This document shows, piece after piece, positions 49,539 through 58,295 of a stretch of 64,000 bases of DNA. The notes under the pieces were generated by a model, which saw only the letters and a program-made list of their open reading frames with translations, searched no databases and was not told the DNA's origin. The first letter of the stretch is position 1, and each line of letters starts with the position of its first letter. The DNA is from an uncultured Spirochaetaceae bacterium (GTDB taxonomy: Bacteria > Spirochaetota > Spirochaetia > SZUA-6 > DRHE01), in assembly GCA_964389305.1 (NCBI GenBank), contig CAYMEK010000007.1, forward strand, positions 12,911-76,910. Direction: 5' to 3'. Made by a program: the position numbers and the translations under genes.

Positions 49539-51419
49539 TCAGCCATGGAAGCGGGCCCGCGCCAGAGCCTCCACCTCGCCGAGTCCCGCAGATAGGATGG
49601 GAAAGCGAGCCGGAACGCGCCCGACCACAGCCCTGAGCTCGGCTGCGGTCCGTTCGAACTGCTCTCTGTACTTGCGGTGGGCGAATTTGCGCAACAGCCA
49701 GAGGACCCGCCGCTCGAGCCCGGTGCGCGCCCCGGCGCTCAGGGTCGCGGCCGGGTCAGCCTCGGCGCCGGAAGCTACTTTCCCCGCGCCTGACTCGCAG
49801 GCGTCGCCCCTCTTCCCGGCGGCAGGGGCCTGGCCGGTAGGACTCGCCCGGCCATCGATCCCCAGAATCCCGAGCAGGACCACAATCTCCTCCTGCCTGT
49901 CCCGGCATTCGCAGGCGGCCAGCCCCTCCGCCGCCTTCCGCAGCTGCTCGCCGGTAGCCGCCTGCAGCAGGCCGTCGGAGGACAGCAGCAGGGGCGCTTC
50001 GGCGGCGAAGCGGTACAGGTACGGCATGGGCAGATGATGAACACGCTCGCCCAGCATGAGCGGCAGGGAAGCCGTGACGGAAGGCTCCAAGGAAAAATTA
50101 CGACGGATGCTGGCCGGATTGAAGGAGCGCTTCAGCATCATCATAAGCCGGTTGCCCAGAACCGCCCGCTCGATGCGGGCGCGATCTGCCCGGGAAGCTC
50201 GCCTGGATCGATCCAGAACCAGCACGATCTCCAGGTTGTGCACCTGCCTGGCGATGCTCTGCCTGCCCCCCCTGTATTTCACGTACTCGTTGCTGAACAG
50301 CTCTACCCGGCCCTGGGAGGCGAGCAGGTCCACCAGCTCTTCGAAGGGAATGATCCCTTCGGTGTTATAGCTCAAGACCACGTGGCGGGCGTCGATCGCC
50401 TCCAGAAGCCGGCGGAAGGCGCTGGAAGCAGAATGTCTGTAGCAGTAAGCCGAACGGGTATCGACCCAATCCCTTCGTATGCCCGCCTTGTGCCTGAGCC
50501 GTCCGTCCGGGCCAAGGGCGCCATCCACGGCGGGTTTGTCCCAGAGGACGATGCTGTTGAGCAGATGATAGTTCGAACCGTACTGGTGCTGGTTATACGG
50601 CGGGTCGAGGTAGCAGATCTCCGCCGGCCGGGAGCGTACGAAATCCGCCGCGTCCAAACGGTATACCTCCGCTTCCAGGGCGGCGTCGATCAGAACGGGC
50701 ACCTCGAGGCGTATCGGGGCCAAAATGCGGCCGAGCGCATCCCGGTTGTGCCCGCCGAAGCCCTTGTGGCAGGCCTTGAACACCCCTGAGGTGTTGGTGT
50801 GAGTGGCGCTCTGATACAGCAGGGAGGCGAGCAGCAGCAGCTTCTCCTTTCTCCCCAGCCCATGCCACCGCCGCTCGCCTCGGTCCGGCTCGCCGGCAGG
50901 ACTGGCGCTGCGGGGCTCGGGGTACAGCTCCTCGATCCGGGAACGGACGGCGTCGATGCGCAGCGCGTTCTCCCGGGTGTAGAACAGCCGTTCGCAGCGG
51001 TAGTCCGCCTTTTTCGTGCTGGCCGGTGCATAGTAACGGGCGATGTACTGCAGACGGTCGGGTGGATCGGGGAGGCGGTTCAGCTCTTCGATGATCCCTT
51101 GGACACCGCCCCGGGAGGGGAAAAGGCCCGCAGCCTCCGAACGTCCCACGCACAGGTGGGCATAGTTGAGAACGTAGGCATAGTGCTCCCAATCATTGGC
51201 CAGCACCCGAAAGCCCATCATCCGGGCCAGACGCGCCACGCTCCCCGAGCCGGCGAAGGGATCGAGAAAAGTCCCGGCGCCGGGGCCTGAACCGCCCGCT
51301 CGAATCCCGCAGAACACCCGGTACAGCAGCGGCTGCAGGGCTCGCTTGTTGCCGATGTAGGCGATGAGCTGTTTCTTCAGATAGGGATGATTCAGGTCGA
51401 AAGCAAAGCTTACCTGCAT
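49539..51419 (-). CDS. N6-adenine DNA methyltransferase, D12/Dam-like class, with a roughly 225-aa C-terminal extension
   Basis: 626 aa with N-terminal YIGNKRAL, motif I FLDPFAGSGSV and motif IV YLDPPYNQHQY. The region after about residue 400 matches nothing I recognise. Confidence 0.8.
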   Translation of the reverse strand: MQVSFAFDLNHPYLKKQLIAYIGNKRALQPLLYRVFCGIRAGGSGPGAGTFLDPFAGSGSVARLARMMGFRVLANDWEHYAYVLNYAHLCVGRSEAAGLFPSRGGVQGIIEELNRLPDPPDRLQYIARYYAPASTKKADYRCERLFYTRENALRIDAVRSRIEELYPEPRSASPAGEPDRGERRWHGLGRKEKLLLLASLLYQSATHTNTSGVFKACHKGFGGHNRDALGRILAPIRLEVPVLIDAALEAEVYRLDAADFVRSRPAEICYLDPPYNQHQYGSNYHLLNSIVLWDKPAVDGALGPDGRLRHKAGIRRDWVDTRSAYCYRHSASSAFRRLLEAIDARHVVLSYNTEGIIPFEELVDLLASQGRVELFSNEYVKYRGGRQSIARQVHNLEIVLVLDRSRRASRADRARIERAVLGNRLMMMLKRSFNPASIRRNFSLEPSVTASLPLMLGERVHHLPMPYLYRFAAEAPLLLSSDGLLQAATGEQLRKAAEGLAACECRDRQEEIVVLLGILGIDGRASPTGQAPAAGKRGDACESGAGKVASGAEADPAATLSAGARTGLERRVLWLLRKFAHRKYREQFERTAAELRAVVGRVPARFPILSAGLGEVEALARARFHG

Positions 51420-51428
51420 GGTCTTGTA

Positions 51429-51457
51429 TTGACTTTACCCGGCAATTTCTCTATGTT
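51429..51457 (+). promoter_or_regulatory. Candidate sigma70 promoter for moxR (near-leaderless)
   Basis: TTGACT (51429-51434), 17-nt spacer, TATGTT (51452-51457), then 9 nt to the ATG at 51467 with no Shine-Dalgarno. Confidence 0.45.
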
Positions 51458-51460
51458 CAA
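51432..51460 (-). promoter_or_regulatory. Candidate sigma70 promoter for the methyltransferase gene (near-leaderless)
   Basis: Minus strand reads TTGAAC (51460-51455), 17-nt spacer, TAAAGT (51437-51432), then 12 nt to the ATG at 51419. Confidence 0.45.
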
Positions 51461-51466
51461 TGCTAC

Positions 51467-52486
51467 ATGGCGAAGAACAGCGCTGCCGATGTCAAATCGG
51501 ATGTACCTGGTCTGGGCGCAGGATTCGCCCTGCAGGTCTGCCAGGGTGCGGCCCGGCTCATTCAGAACGTCAAATCCGTTATCTACATAGATACCCGCAA
51601 GTTGGAGTACATCATTGCCGCCCAGATCGCCGGCGGGCACGTGATGCTGGCCGACGCCCACGGAGTGGGCAAGACCTCTCTGGCTAGGGCCCTGGCAGGA
51701 TCGATTCAGTGGATCGAAGGGGATGCCTCGCGAGACAGTCGGAAGATGAAGCACTTCAGCCGCATCCAGTGCACCGTGGATCTCCTGCCTCAGGATATTC
51801 TGGGATTCAGCCGCTTCCTGGGCAATTCGAGCCGGCTGGTGTTCATTCGCGGTCCGATCTTCGCGCACTATGTGCTCTGCGACGAGATCAACCTGCTCAC
51901 GCCCAAGACTCAAGGGTCCTTTTTCCAGGCCATGGAAGAGCAGACGGTGACCGTAGAGGGCAAGACCTACCAGCTGACCGATCCCTTCTTCATCATAGCC
52001 ACGATGAACCTCAAGGGAGCGCATCTGTTCCCCCTGCCGGCGCCCCAGTTAGACCGCTTCATGGTGCAGCTCTCCATGGGCTACCCTGATTCGACGGATG
52101 AGGCGTCGATCATCAAGCAGCACGGCCGGGACGACGCCTGGCGAGATTTCACTCCGGTGGTTTCTTCGCGGGAAATGCTTGCCTGGCAGGGCCTGGTGGA
52201 CGAGGTGAGCATCCATCAGGACATTGTGGATTATATCGTGGCCTGCGTGCGTCAGACCCGGCATCATCCCGACGTGCTGATGGGAGCGAGCCCGCGTACG
52301 GGAGTAAAGGTCTCCCGTCTGGCCCGGGCCCTGGCCTTGCTGCGGGGAAGAGACTACGTGACCGTCGACCTGGTCAAGGAGATTTTCCTGCCTTCCGTGT
52401 CTCACCGCCTGGTGATGCAGGACGCTTCCCAATCTTCCATACCCCTGCTCGAGGAGATCCTCAAAACAGTTCCCGTCACGGCATGA
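51467..52486 (+). CDS. MoxR-like AAA+ ATPase
   Basis: 339 aa with Walker A variant ADAHGVGKTS, Walker B VLCDEINLLTPKTQGSFFQAMEE, and ATMNL and GASPR regions. Confidence 0.9.
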   Translation: MAKNSAADVKSDVPGLGAGFALQVCQGAARLIQNVKSVIYIDTRKLEYIIAAQIAGGHVMLADAHGVGKTSLARALAGSIQWIEGDASRDSRKMKHFSRIQCTVDLLPQDILGFSRFLGNSSRLVFIRGPIFAHYVLCDEINLLTPKTQGSFFQAMEEQTVTVEGKTYQLTDPFFIIATMNLKGAHLFPLPAPQLDRFMVQLSMGYPDSTDEASIIKQHGRDDAWRDFTPVVSSREMLAWQGLVDEVSIHQDIVDYIVACVRQTRHHPDVLMGASPRTGVKVSRLARALALLRGRDYVTVDLVKEIFLPSVSHRLVMQDASQSSIPLLEEILKTVPVTA

Positions 52487-53805
52487 ACGAACCTCCGGCC
52501 GCAGCTCCCAGTATACCATCGAGGAAGGCGGTACCTCGCTGGCTCCAGAGCTTCTTTTTCTACTACCCCTTCACCCTGGCCGGCACGCTCCTGCTCGCCG
52601 CGGCGGCGTATCTGCTCGGCCGCGGCTTGGCCCAGGACAACCCCTACGGGGTTCTGCTGGCCCTGCTGGCCCTGCTCGTGCTCGCCGTTCTGTCCGTGGC
52701 CGGGAGGCTGCAGGCCAGGGGCCTACGGGTCCGACAACCTCACTGGCACTGGGATGCCTCGATTCCCATGTATGCCCGCCGGGCAGGTTTGCAGCAGGCC
52801 CTGATCACGGACCGGGTGCGCATCCTGCCCTTCTTCCGCGCCCACTTCGGCATCCGGGGAAATCTGAAGGTGGGCAGGAACGCCGGCCTGCGCTTCAGCC
52901 GGGAAATATCCTTCACCCAGGGCACCCGACACCCGATCCGGCTTTACTTTCCTCTCTGCGGTCTGTTCTCCGGAAGCGGGCGGTTTTCCGTGCAGGACAT
53001 CTTCGGCCTGACCCGTTCCCGCTTCGGGGGGCAGCCCCGCAGGACGCTGCGGGTTCAGCCCGCCTCCTTCACTCAAAGCGACGTTCCCATCGTCCAACCC
53101 GCGGTAGGCTTCGAGGAGACAAGCCGCAAGCGCAGCTCGGATGAGGAGAAATATTACATGCGGGAGTATCTGCCCGGCGATCGCTTCCGGGACATCAACT
53201 GGAAGGTTTCCAGCCGGCTGGCCGAGCTGATTACCCGCATCTCGCCGGTTACCCAGGAGAAGACCACCATCCTGCCGGTGTATCTGCGCAACTTCAGCAG
53301 CTCGGAGCGGGAGAACCTGGAATCGATCATGCACTTGAACGTCATGAAAAGCTGGCTGCTGGCCTTCCTGAGGGCCATGAAGCAGGAGTACCCGGAAATG
53401 CAGTTCCAGGTCGCAAGCGGCTCCGGGAACTGGCTGCTCGCCAGCGATGAGGATATCGATCGCTTCAGCCGCGAGCTGGCCGGCCTGTTCTACCAGCGCG
53501 AGTCCGGCGCCTCCCTGCCGACGGTCCCGGAGGAAGAGCTGTTCGTCTTCTCTACCGGCTTTGATCGTGGACTGCCCGCCTTTCTGTCCTCTCAAGCCCG
53601 GGCCAACCTGTACATCTTCCGAACGGTGTTCCCCCGATCCGGCGCCGATGAGGAGGCCAATCCGCTGGTGCTTTTTCAGCCTCCCTGCGCCTGCCTTCCC
53701 GGGCCGTGGCTGCTGCGCCGGGAGCCGCATCGCCGGGCTCCGCGTCTCTCCGCCCCTGCTTCAGGCAGGCTGGAGGAGCAGGCGCTGTCAGTGAGGGTAC
53801 TATGA
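52483..53805 (+). CDS. DUF58-domain protein (MoxR partner, vWA-like)
   Basis: 440 aa with N-terminal TM segments and the core REYLPGDRFRDINWKVSSR, typical of DUF58. ATGA overlaps on both sides. Confidence 0.8.
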   Translation: MNEPPAAAPSIPSRKAVPRWLQSFFFYYPFTLAGTLLLAAAAYLLGRGLAQDNPYGVLLALLALLVLAVLSVAGRLQARGLRVRQPHWHWDASIPMYARRAGLQQALITDRVRILPFFRAHFGIRGNLKVGRNAGLRFSREISFTQGTRHPIRLYFPLCGLFSGSGRFSVQDIFGLTRSRFGGQPRRTLRVQPASFTQSDVPIVQPAVGFEETSRKRSSDEEKYYMREYLPGDRFRDINWKVSSRLAELITRISPVTQEKTTILPVYLRNFSSSERENLESIMHLNVMKSWLLAFLRAMKQEYPEMQFQVASGSGNWLLASDEDIDRFSRELAGLFYQRESGASLPTVPEEELFVFSTGFDRGLPAFLSSQARANLYIFRTVFPRSGADEEANPLVLFQPPCACLPGPWLLRREPHRRAPRLSAPASGRLEEQALSVRVL

Positions 53806-56021
53806 TGAAGCACTTTCTCTTCTATACGCGATTGGCTCTATACCTGATCATCCTGGCCCTGCCCTTCCTGCATCCGGCCATTGTGGTTCCTTATGACCGG
53901 GTGGGGCTGATATTCTGGTTTTTCCTGATTCCGGTCGAGATGCTGACGGCCTTCTACCTCTCTCCGCCCCGCTTCCGGCTGCGCACCTGGCTGATGTCCG
54001 GGGCGGCCCCAATTGCGATTTTCATCCTGGCCGTTTCCGGCTTCGAGCTCGTCTCGCTCCTGTACCTGCTGGGCGCGGCAGCCGCTTTCCTGCTGACCGT
54101 CCTGGTGTTCAAGACAGACGGCTTCGGCCGTCCCCTGGCCGTGCTCGAGCCGTTTCTGCTGGCCGTAGTGGCCTTCAGGATCCTGAGCTTTTCCCGGGCG
54201 TCCGAGGCCCTGGCCCGGCAGGCCAGCGGCATCACTCAGGCGATCCTGGTTCTCATTCCCCTGGCCTTTCTGCTGCACGGCCTGGTGCTCTATCTGAGCG
54301 CTTTTCATAGACCCGGAGCCCGCCGCGGTCTGCGCGAGGTGATGGTTTTCCTCATCGTCGCCGTTCCCCTGTTTCTCGTGTTTTCCTTCATCCTGCCTCC
54401 GGATTTCGTCAGCCACTCGATCGTGCTGAACCGCATCGATCGGGATATCAAGCCCCGACCCGTACCCCTGAATGAGCGGGGACCGGGCTGGCCGGGGGGA
54501 AATCTGCTCTCCGAAGACGGGCAGTGGAGGGGGATGCGAGAGGGGGAGGGAGAGTCCGATCAAGGCGAGAACGGCCAAAACGGCAATGCCCTCGAGGGCA
54601 TTCCCTCGGATCAGTGGGGCGAAGCGGGTCTGGAGCAGGGAGCGGAGAGCAAGCAGTACGCCGTGATGGTGGTAGCCAGTCCGGTCCAGCCGCTGTATGC
54701 TGCGGACGCCTATTTCGGAGACTTCGATCCCGAGGCGGGCTTCCTCCTGTCCCGCGATGAGCCGCTGAACGAACTGACCTACCTGCGCTTCCTGGAGACC
54801 TGGACCGATCACGAATCGCCGGCGGACCGCTTGCGGCAGGAGGTCGAGATCGCCTACGTCTCTACGCTGCCGGAACGGTATCTGCCGTACAGACCCCGGA
54901 GTATCGAGCCGACGGTTCTCAAGCGGGAGTACAATCCCTTTCAGTACTCTTACCGGGCCGTGGCCGGCATAAGCCGCTCCACCCCTCGGGATTGGAAAGC
55001 GATTCAGGGCTTGAGCCCCGAAGAACGGGCCGCCTTGAGTCCGTTCCTCCGCATTCCGCTGTCCGAGCCCCGCCGGCAGGCCTTCGCCTCCTATCTGGCC
55101 GAGGCGGTGGGCGAGGAAAGCGGCTACTACGGAAGGGTCGAAGCGATCCTGAAAAGCTTCGATGACTATCAGTATGATATAGGCTTCGACGACGACACCT
55201 CGGTAGCCAAGATGGAAAGCTTTCTATTTAAGAGCAAACGGGGCGACTGCACCGAGTTCTCCAACACGGTGGCAATCCTCCTGCGCCTGGCCGGGATCCC
55301 CTCTCGGGTGGTAACCGGTTACCTGGCCTCGCGGGAGCTGCAGAGCTTCGCGCATCTGCGCGGGCTTCTCATGCTGCGCGAGGCGATTCCGGAGCTGCAG
55401 GAGTTTCCCTTCGGGGAGCTGTACCTGGTGACCACTGCTCAACGTCACTCCTGGGTCCAGGCTTACCTGCCATCCTACGGTTGGGTGGATTTCGAATCCA
55501 CGGCCTACGCCCTGCCGCCGCCCCCGGGGCGCAATCCCAACTCGATGAACGTGGTAATTCCTCTGATCCAGGGGGAGGCTCCGAACCGCCGGGTCTTTCA
55601 GTTCCCCTGGCTGCTGGCCCTCCAGTTCCTCGCCGCCCTGGCCGTCCTGACCCTGGTGGGGATGTACGCCTTTCGCTTCGGCCGGGAGAGCTACCTGGGG
55701 CTGCTGGTCCGCCGGGAGAACCTGCGCGGTCTGAAGGCGTTGTACACCCTGCTGCTGATCAAGCTGTCCGCCCGGGGCTTCGAGGTGAAAAAACCCTATC
55801 TGACGCCGATGGAGTACGCCGGACAGCATCCCGAGCTGACCCGTTTCGCCGCTATCTACACCATGCTGCGCTACCGGGAGACGATGTCCGAGACCGAGCG
55901 CCTGCAGGCCTGGCAGGAGCTGCGGGCCAGCTATCGGGAAATCCTCGAGCGCAGCCTCCGCCCGGGATTCTGGCCGGCCTTGCAGCGGCTGTTCAGCCTC
56001 AAAGGCCTGCACTACTCGTGA
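53802..56021 (+). CDS. Polytopic membrane transglutaminase-like protein (TgpA-like)
   Basis: ORF 53706.. trimmed to MMKHFLFYTRLALYLI. Multiple TM spans, then GDCTEFSNTVAILLRLAGIPSRVVTGY...HSWVQAY...WVDFEST. Confidence 0.8.
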   Translation: MMKHFLFYTRLALYLIILALPFLHPAIVVPYDRVGLIFWFFLIPVEMLTAFYLSPPRFRLRTWLMSGAAPIAIFILAVSGFELVSLLYLLGAAAAFLLTVLVFKTDGFGRPLAVLEPFLLAVVAFRILSFSRASEALARQASGITQAILVLIPLAFLLHGLVLYLSAFHRPGARRGLREVMVFLIVAVPLFLVFSFILPPDFVSHSIVLNRIDRDIKPRPVPLNERGPGWPGGNLLSEDGQWRGMREGEGESDQGENGQNGNALEGIPSDQWGEAGLEQGAESKQYAVMVVASPVQPLYAADAYFGDFDPEAGFLLSRDEPLNELTYLRFLETWTDHESPADRLRQEVEIAYVSTLPERYLPYRPRSIEPTVLKREYNPFQYSYRAVAGISRSTPRDWKAIQGLSPEERAALSPFLRIPLSEPRRQAFASYLAEAVGEESGYYGRVEAILKSFDDYQYDIGFDDDTSVAKMESFLFKSKRGDCTEFSNTVAILLRLAGIPSRVVTGYLASRELQSFAHLRGLLMLREAIPELQEFPFGELYLVTTAQRHSWVQAYLPSYGWVDFESTAYALPPPPGRNPNSMNVVIPLIQGEAPNRRVFQFPWLLALQFLAALAVLTLVGMYAFRFGRESYLGLLVRRENLRGLKALYTLLLIKLSARGFEVKKPYLTPMEYAGQHPELTRFAAIYTMLRYRETMSETERLQAWQELRASYREILERSLRPGFWPALQRLFSLKGLHYS

Positions 56022-57289
56022 TGTCTTCGTTCAATCGCTCCCGCCTGGCGAAGACCGCTCTCGCCGCCGTGCTGATGGTGCTCGCTCTGACCTCCTGCCG
56101 GAAGCGCTCCGACTGGGTCATGTTCAGAGGACAGCAGGGCCGGGGCTTCACGGCCAATGCCCTGCGCCCTCCTCTGGCGGCCAAGTGGGAGCTGCGCCTG
56201 CAGATGGAGGCCGAGCCTACCTACGCCTTCAATAACCCGGTAGTGCTGGGAGATACGATTTACTTCGGCTCCACCGATGGGAACTTCTACGCCCTGGACA
56301 TCGAGAGCGGCTATATGAACTGGGTCTTCAAGACCCGCGGGGCGATCAACTCCATTCCTTACGCCGACGACCACAACGTCTACTTCGGCAACAACGTGGG
56401 CATGGTCTACGCCGTGTCCCAGAAGGAGGGCACGAAGGTCTGGTCGTTCCGTACCGATTCCACGGTCCAGTCCTCGATCGTGGGATACAAGGATTTCATC
56501 ATTTTCTCCAGTGACGGCGGTACAGCCTATTTTCTCTCGCCCTCAGGCGAAGAGCGCTTCACCCTGCCCAACCCGGTGTGGCACTACAACACCTTCCAGG
56601 TGTACGAGGACGTGCTGTACTTCGCTCCGGGCCCGCCAAGCCGCCCTCATGCCTTCGGCGCGTTCGACCTGAACGAGCGGGCCTATCTCTGGATCCTGGA
56701 TACCTCGCTGTTCCAGGCCATCTGGTACTCCTTTCCGGCCCTGAGAGGGGAGCTGCTGTACTTCGCCACGGCCACCTACCGGGGGGAGCTGTGGAGCTTC
56801 GACTACTACGCCTTCAGGCGGAAGACCGGAGAGCTGGTGTGGAGGTATTCTGACTTCTCGGACTGGGGCGGCATGTTCGCCATAGACTCCCGGGAGATGT
56901 TCTCCCAGAAGATGAAGCTCCTCGACTACCTGGCGCCGGCGATCTGGAAGAACCTGGTCATCTATTCAAGCGGCGATACCGTCGTGCGGGCGTTCCAGGC
57001 CGGCAGCGGCACCCTGGCCTGGACCCGCAGCTTCGATTTGCCCACCTCCAGCGCCCCCACTGTAGCAGGGAACCGGGTCTACTTCGGGATCCTGGGCGAT
57101 GAGGCTTACCAGGCCGGAGTTCCCGGAGGCCGCCCGCCCCGCCTGGTCTGTCTGTCGGCCAAGAACGGCCGCCTGCTCTGGGAGATGGAGCTGGAGGGCG
57201 CTCTGCTCAGTGCTCCGGTTATAGCCGGCAAGTGGATGGTCTTCGGCACGGACCGCAACTACTTCTACGTGCTCGAAGAGGTATACTGA
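56021..57289 (+). CDS. PQQ-like/BamB-like beta-propeller repeat lipoprotein
   Basis: ORF 55481.. trimmed to MSSFNRSRLAKTALAAVLMVLALTSC (lipobox). Repeated motifs (YFGSTDGNFYALD, VYFGNNVGMVYAV, MVFGTDRNYFYVL). Its start overlaps the upstream stop by 1 nt. Confidence 0.75.
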   Translation: MSSFNRSRLAKTALAAVLMVLALTSCRKRSDWVMFRGQQGRGFTANALRPPLAAKWELRLQMEAEPTYAFNNPVVLGDTIYFGSTDGNFYALDIESGYMNWVFKTRGAINSIPYADDHNVYFGNNVGMVYAVSQKEGTKVWSFRTDSTVQSSIVGYKDFIIFSSDGGTAYFLSPSGEERFTLPNPVWHYNTFQVYEDVLYFAPGPPSRPHAFGAFDLNERAYLWILDTSLFQAIWYSFPALRGELLYFATATYRGELWSFDYYAFRRKTGELVWRYSDFSDWGGMFAIDSREMFSQKMKLLDYLAPAIWKNLVIYSSGDTVVRAFQAGSGTLAWTRSFDLPTSSAPTVAGNRVYFGILGDEAYQAGVPGGRPPRLVCLSAKNGRLLWEMELEGALLSAPVIAGKWMVFGTDRNYFYVLEEVY

Positions 57290-57365
57290 GCTCAGGCCCG
57301 GAGCTGTTTGTCTTTCAGGCTCGCTCGCTCCTAAAGAGCCGGCCGCCGAAAAAGCCGGCAAGCGA

Positions 57366-58289
57366 TTATCTGCGGGGCAGCACGGAATAGGCGGTCTTGC
57401 CCTCGAACACCTGCTTTCCGCCGAAAATGGTCTTCATCGCGTCTGGTAGCCGGGTATAGATGTCGCCGGTGATGCTCAAGACCCCCGGGTCGGTAGCCTG
57501 CTTTTCCAGGTGAGCGGCGTAGTTGATCACATCAGAAATGATCCTACCGGTGTCTTCTAAGAACTTCACCGGACCGAAGTCCATACCGATGCGCAGGCAG
57601 ATCTCGTCCTTGAACGGCTTGTAGGGCTGGAGGTTGAACACCGGCATGGTATAGAGAATCTCCAGGGCGCAGCTCACAGCATCGGGGATGCTCTTCTCGC
57701 CCCTGAAGGCGAGAATTCCGCCGTCCCCGGCCCAGGACCAGATCCTGCCCTCGTACAGGTCGAGCTTGTTCTTCAGGAACCCCCAGAGCTGGTAGTAGAC
57801 CTTCTCCATGGTGCCAGGCTTGTACTTGCGCACCAGCTCGCTGTTCTGGCAGATATCCACCGAGGCGATGACCGTCGGATATTCCTTGCCGTTGCGCAGC
57901 GCTCCCCAGTTGAGCAGGCTCTGCCTGTCTACCTTGACATCGATGAGTTTGCGCTTGGCGTAGTCGAAGTACACCCCGGTACGGGACAGCCGGTACAGGA
58001 TGTTTTCCAGCCCTTCCAGACTGACGTTCCTGCCGTTCAGGGGTACGCCTTCCAGCTCGAAAGCGAAGGCAAAGAGCTCCTTGATCTTGTTTTTCTTCTC
58101 GCACTCCTGGACCAGGGTCTTGGCTGCGTTCAAGGGCGAGATGCTGACGCCCTTGTCTATGCCGGCGACGCAGTGCGTGCTGTACTCGTGGTCTTTAAAG
58201 ATATAACCCCCGATGGCATCGATGTCCTTAAAGGTCAGGCTCTTACCCAGCATCTCGGTAAGATCTTTTACCAGGGAGGTATCAAACAT
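57366..58289 (-). CDS. Class III nucleotidyl-cyclase-homology-domain protein with uncharacterised N-terminal domain
   Basis: 307 aa. The C-terminal half has VIASVDI (metal Asp), WAGDGGILAF, RIGMDFGPVKF and DVINYAAHLEKQA (Asn kept; His where the transition-state Arg is expected). Confidence 0.6.
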   Translation of the reverse strand: MFDTSLVKDLTEMLGKSLTFKDIDAIGGYIFKDHEYSTHCVAGIDKGVSISPLNAAKTLVQECEKKNKIKELFAFAFELEGVPLNGRNVSLEGLENILYRLSRTGVYFDYAKRKLIDVKVDRQSLLNWGALRNGKEYPTVIASVDICQNSELVRKYKPGTMEKVYYQLWGFLKNKLDLYEGRIWSWAGDGGILAFRGEKSIPDAVSCALEILYTMPVFNLQPYKPFKDEICLRIGMDFGPVKFLEDTGRIISDVINYAAHLEKQATDPGVLSITGDIYTRLPDAMKTIFGGKQVFEGKTAYSVLPRR

Positions 58290-58295
58290 GGTAAA

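Noticed and set aside
49085-52486. Restriction-modification or other methylase-containing defence island
   Set aside because: No endonuclease, specificity subunit, helicase or other defence-type ORF flanks the methyltransferase. The adjacent genes are a cyclophilin-like protein and the MoxR operon. I call it an orphan methyltransferase instead.
53706-53801. Longer N-termini offered by the track for the TgpA-like gene (53706), the propeller gene (55481), hflC (46166), the ABC ATPase (38859), the DAO-type subunit (10503) and others
   Set aside because: The extensions overlap the preceding gene in another frame and have shadow-frame composition. They are replaced by internal starts that abut the upstream stop and begin with family-typical N-termini or signal peptides.
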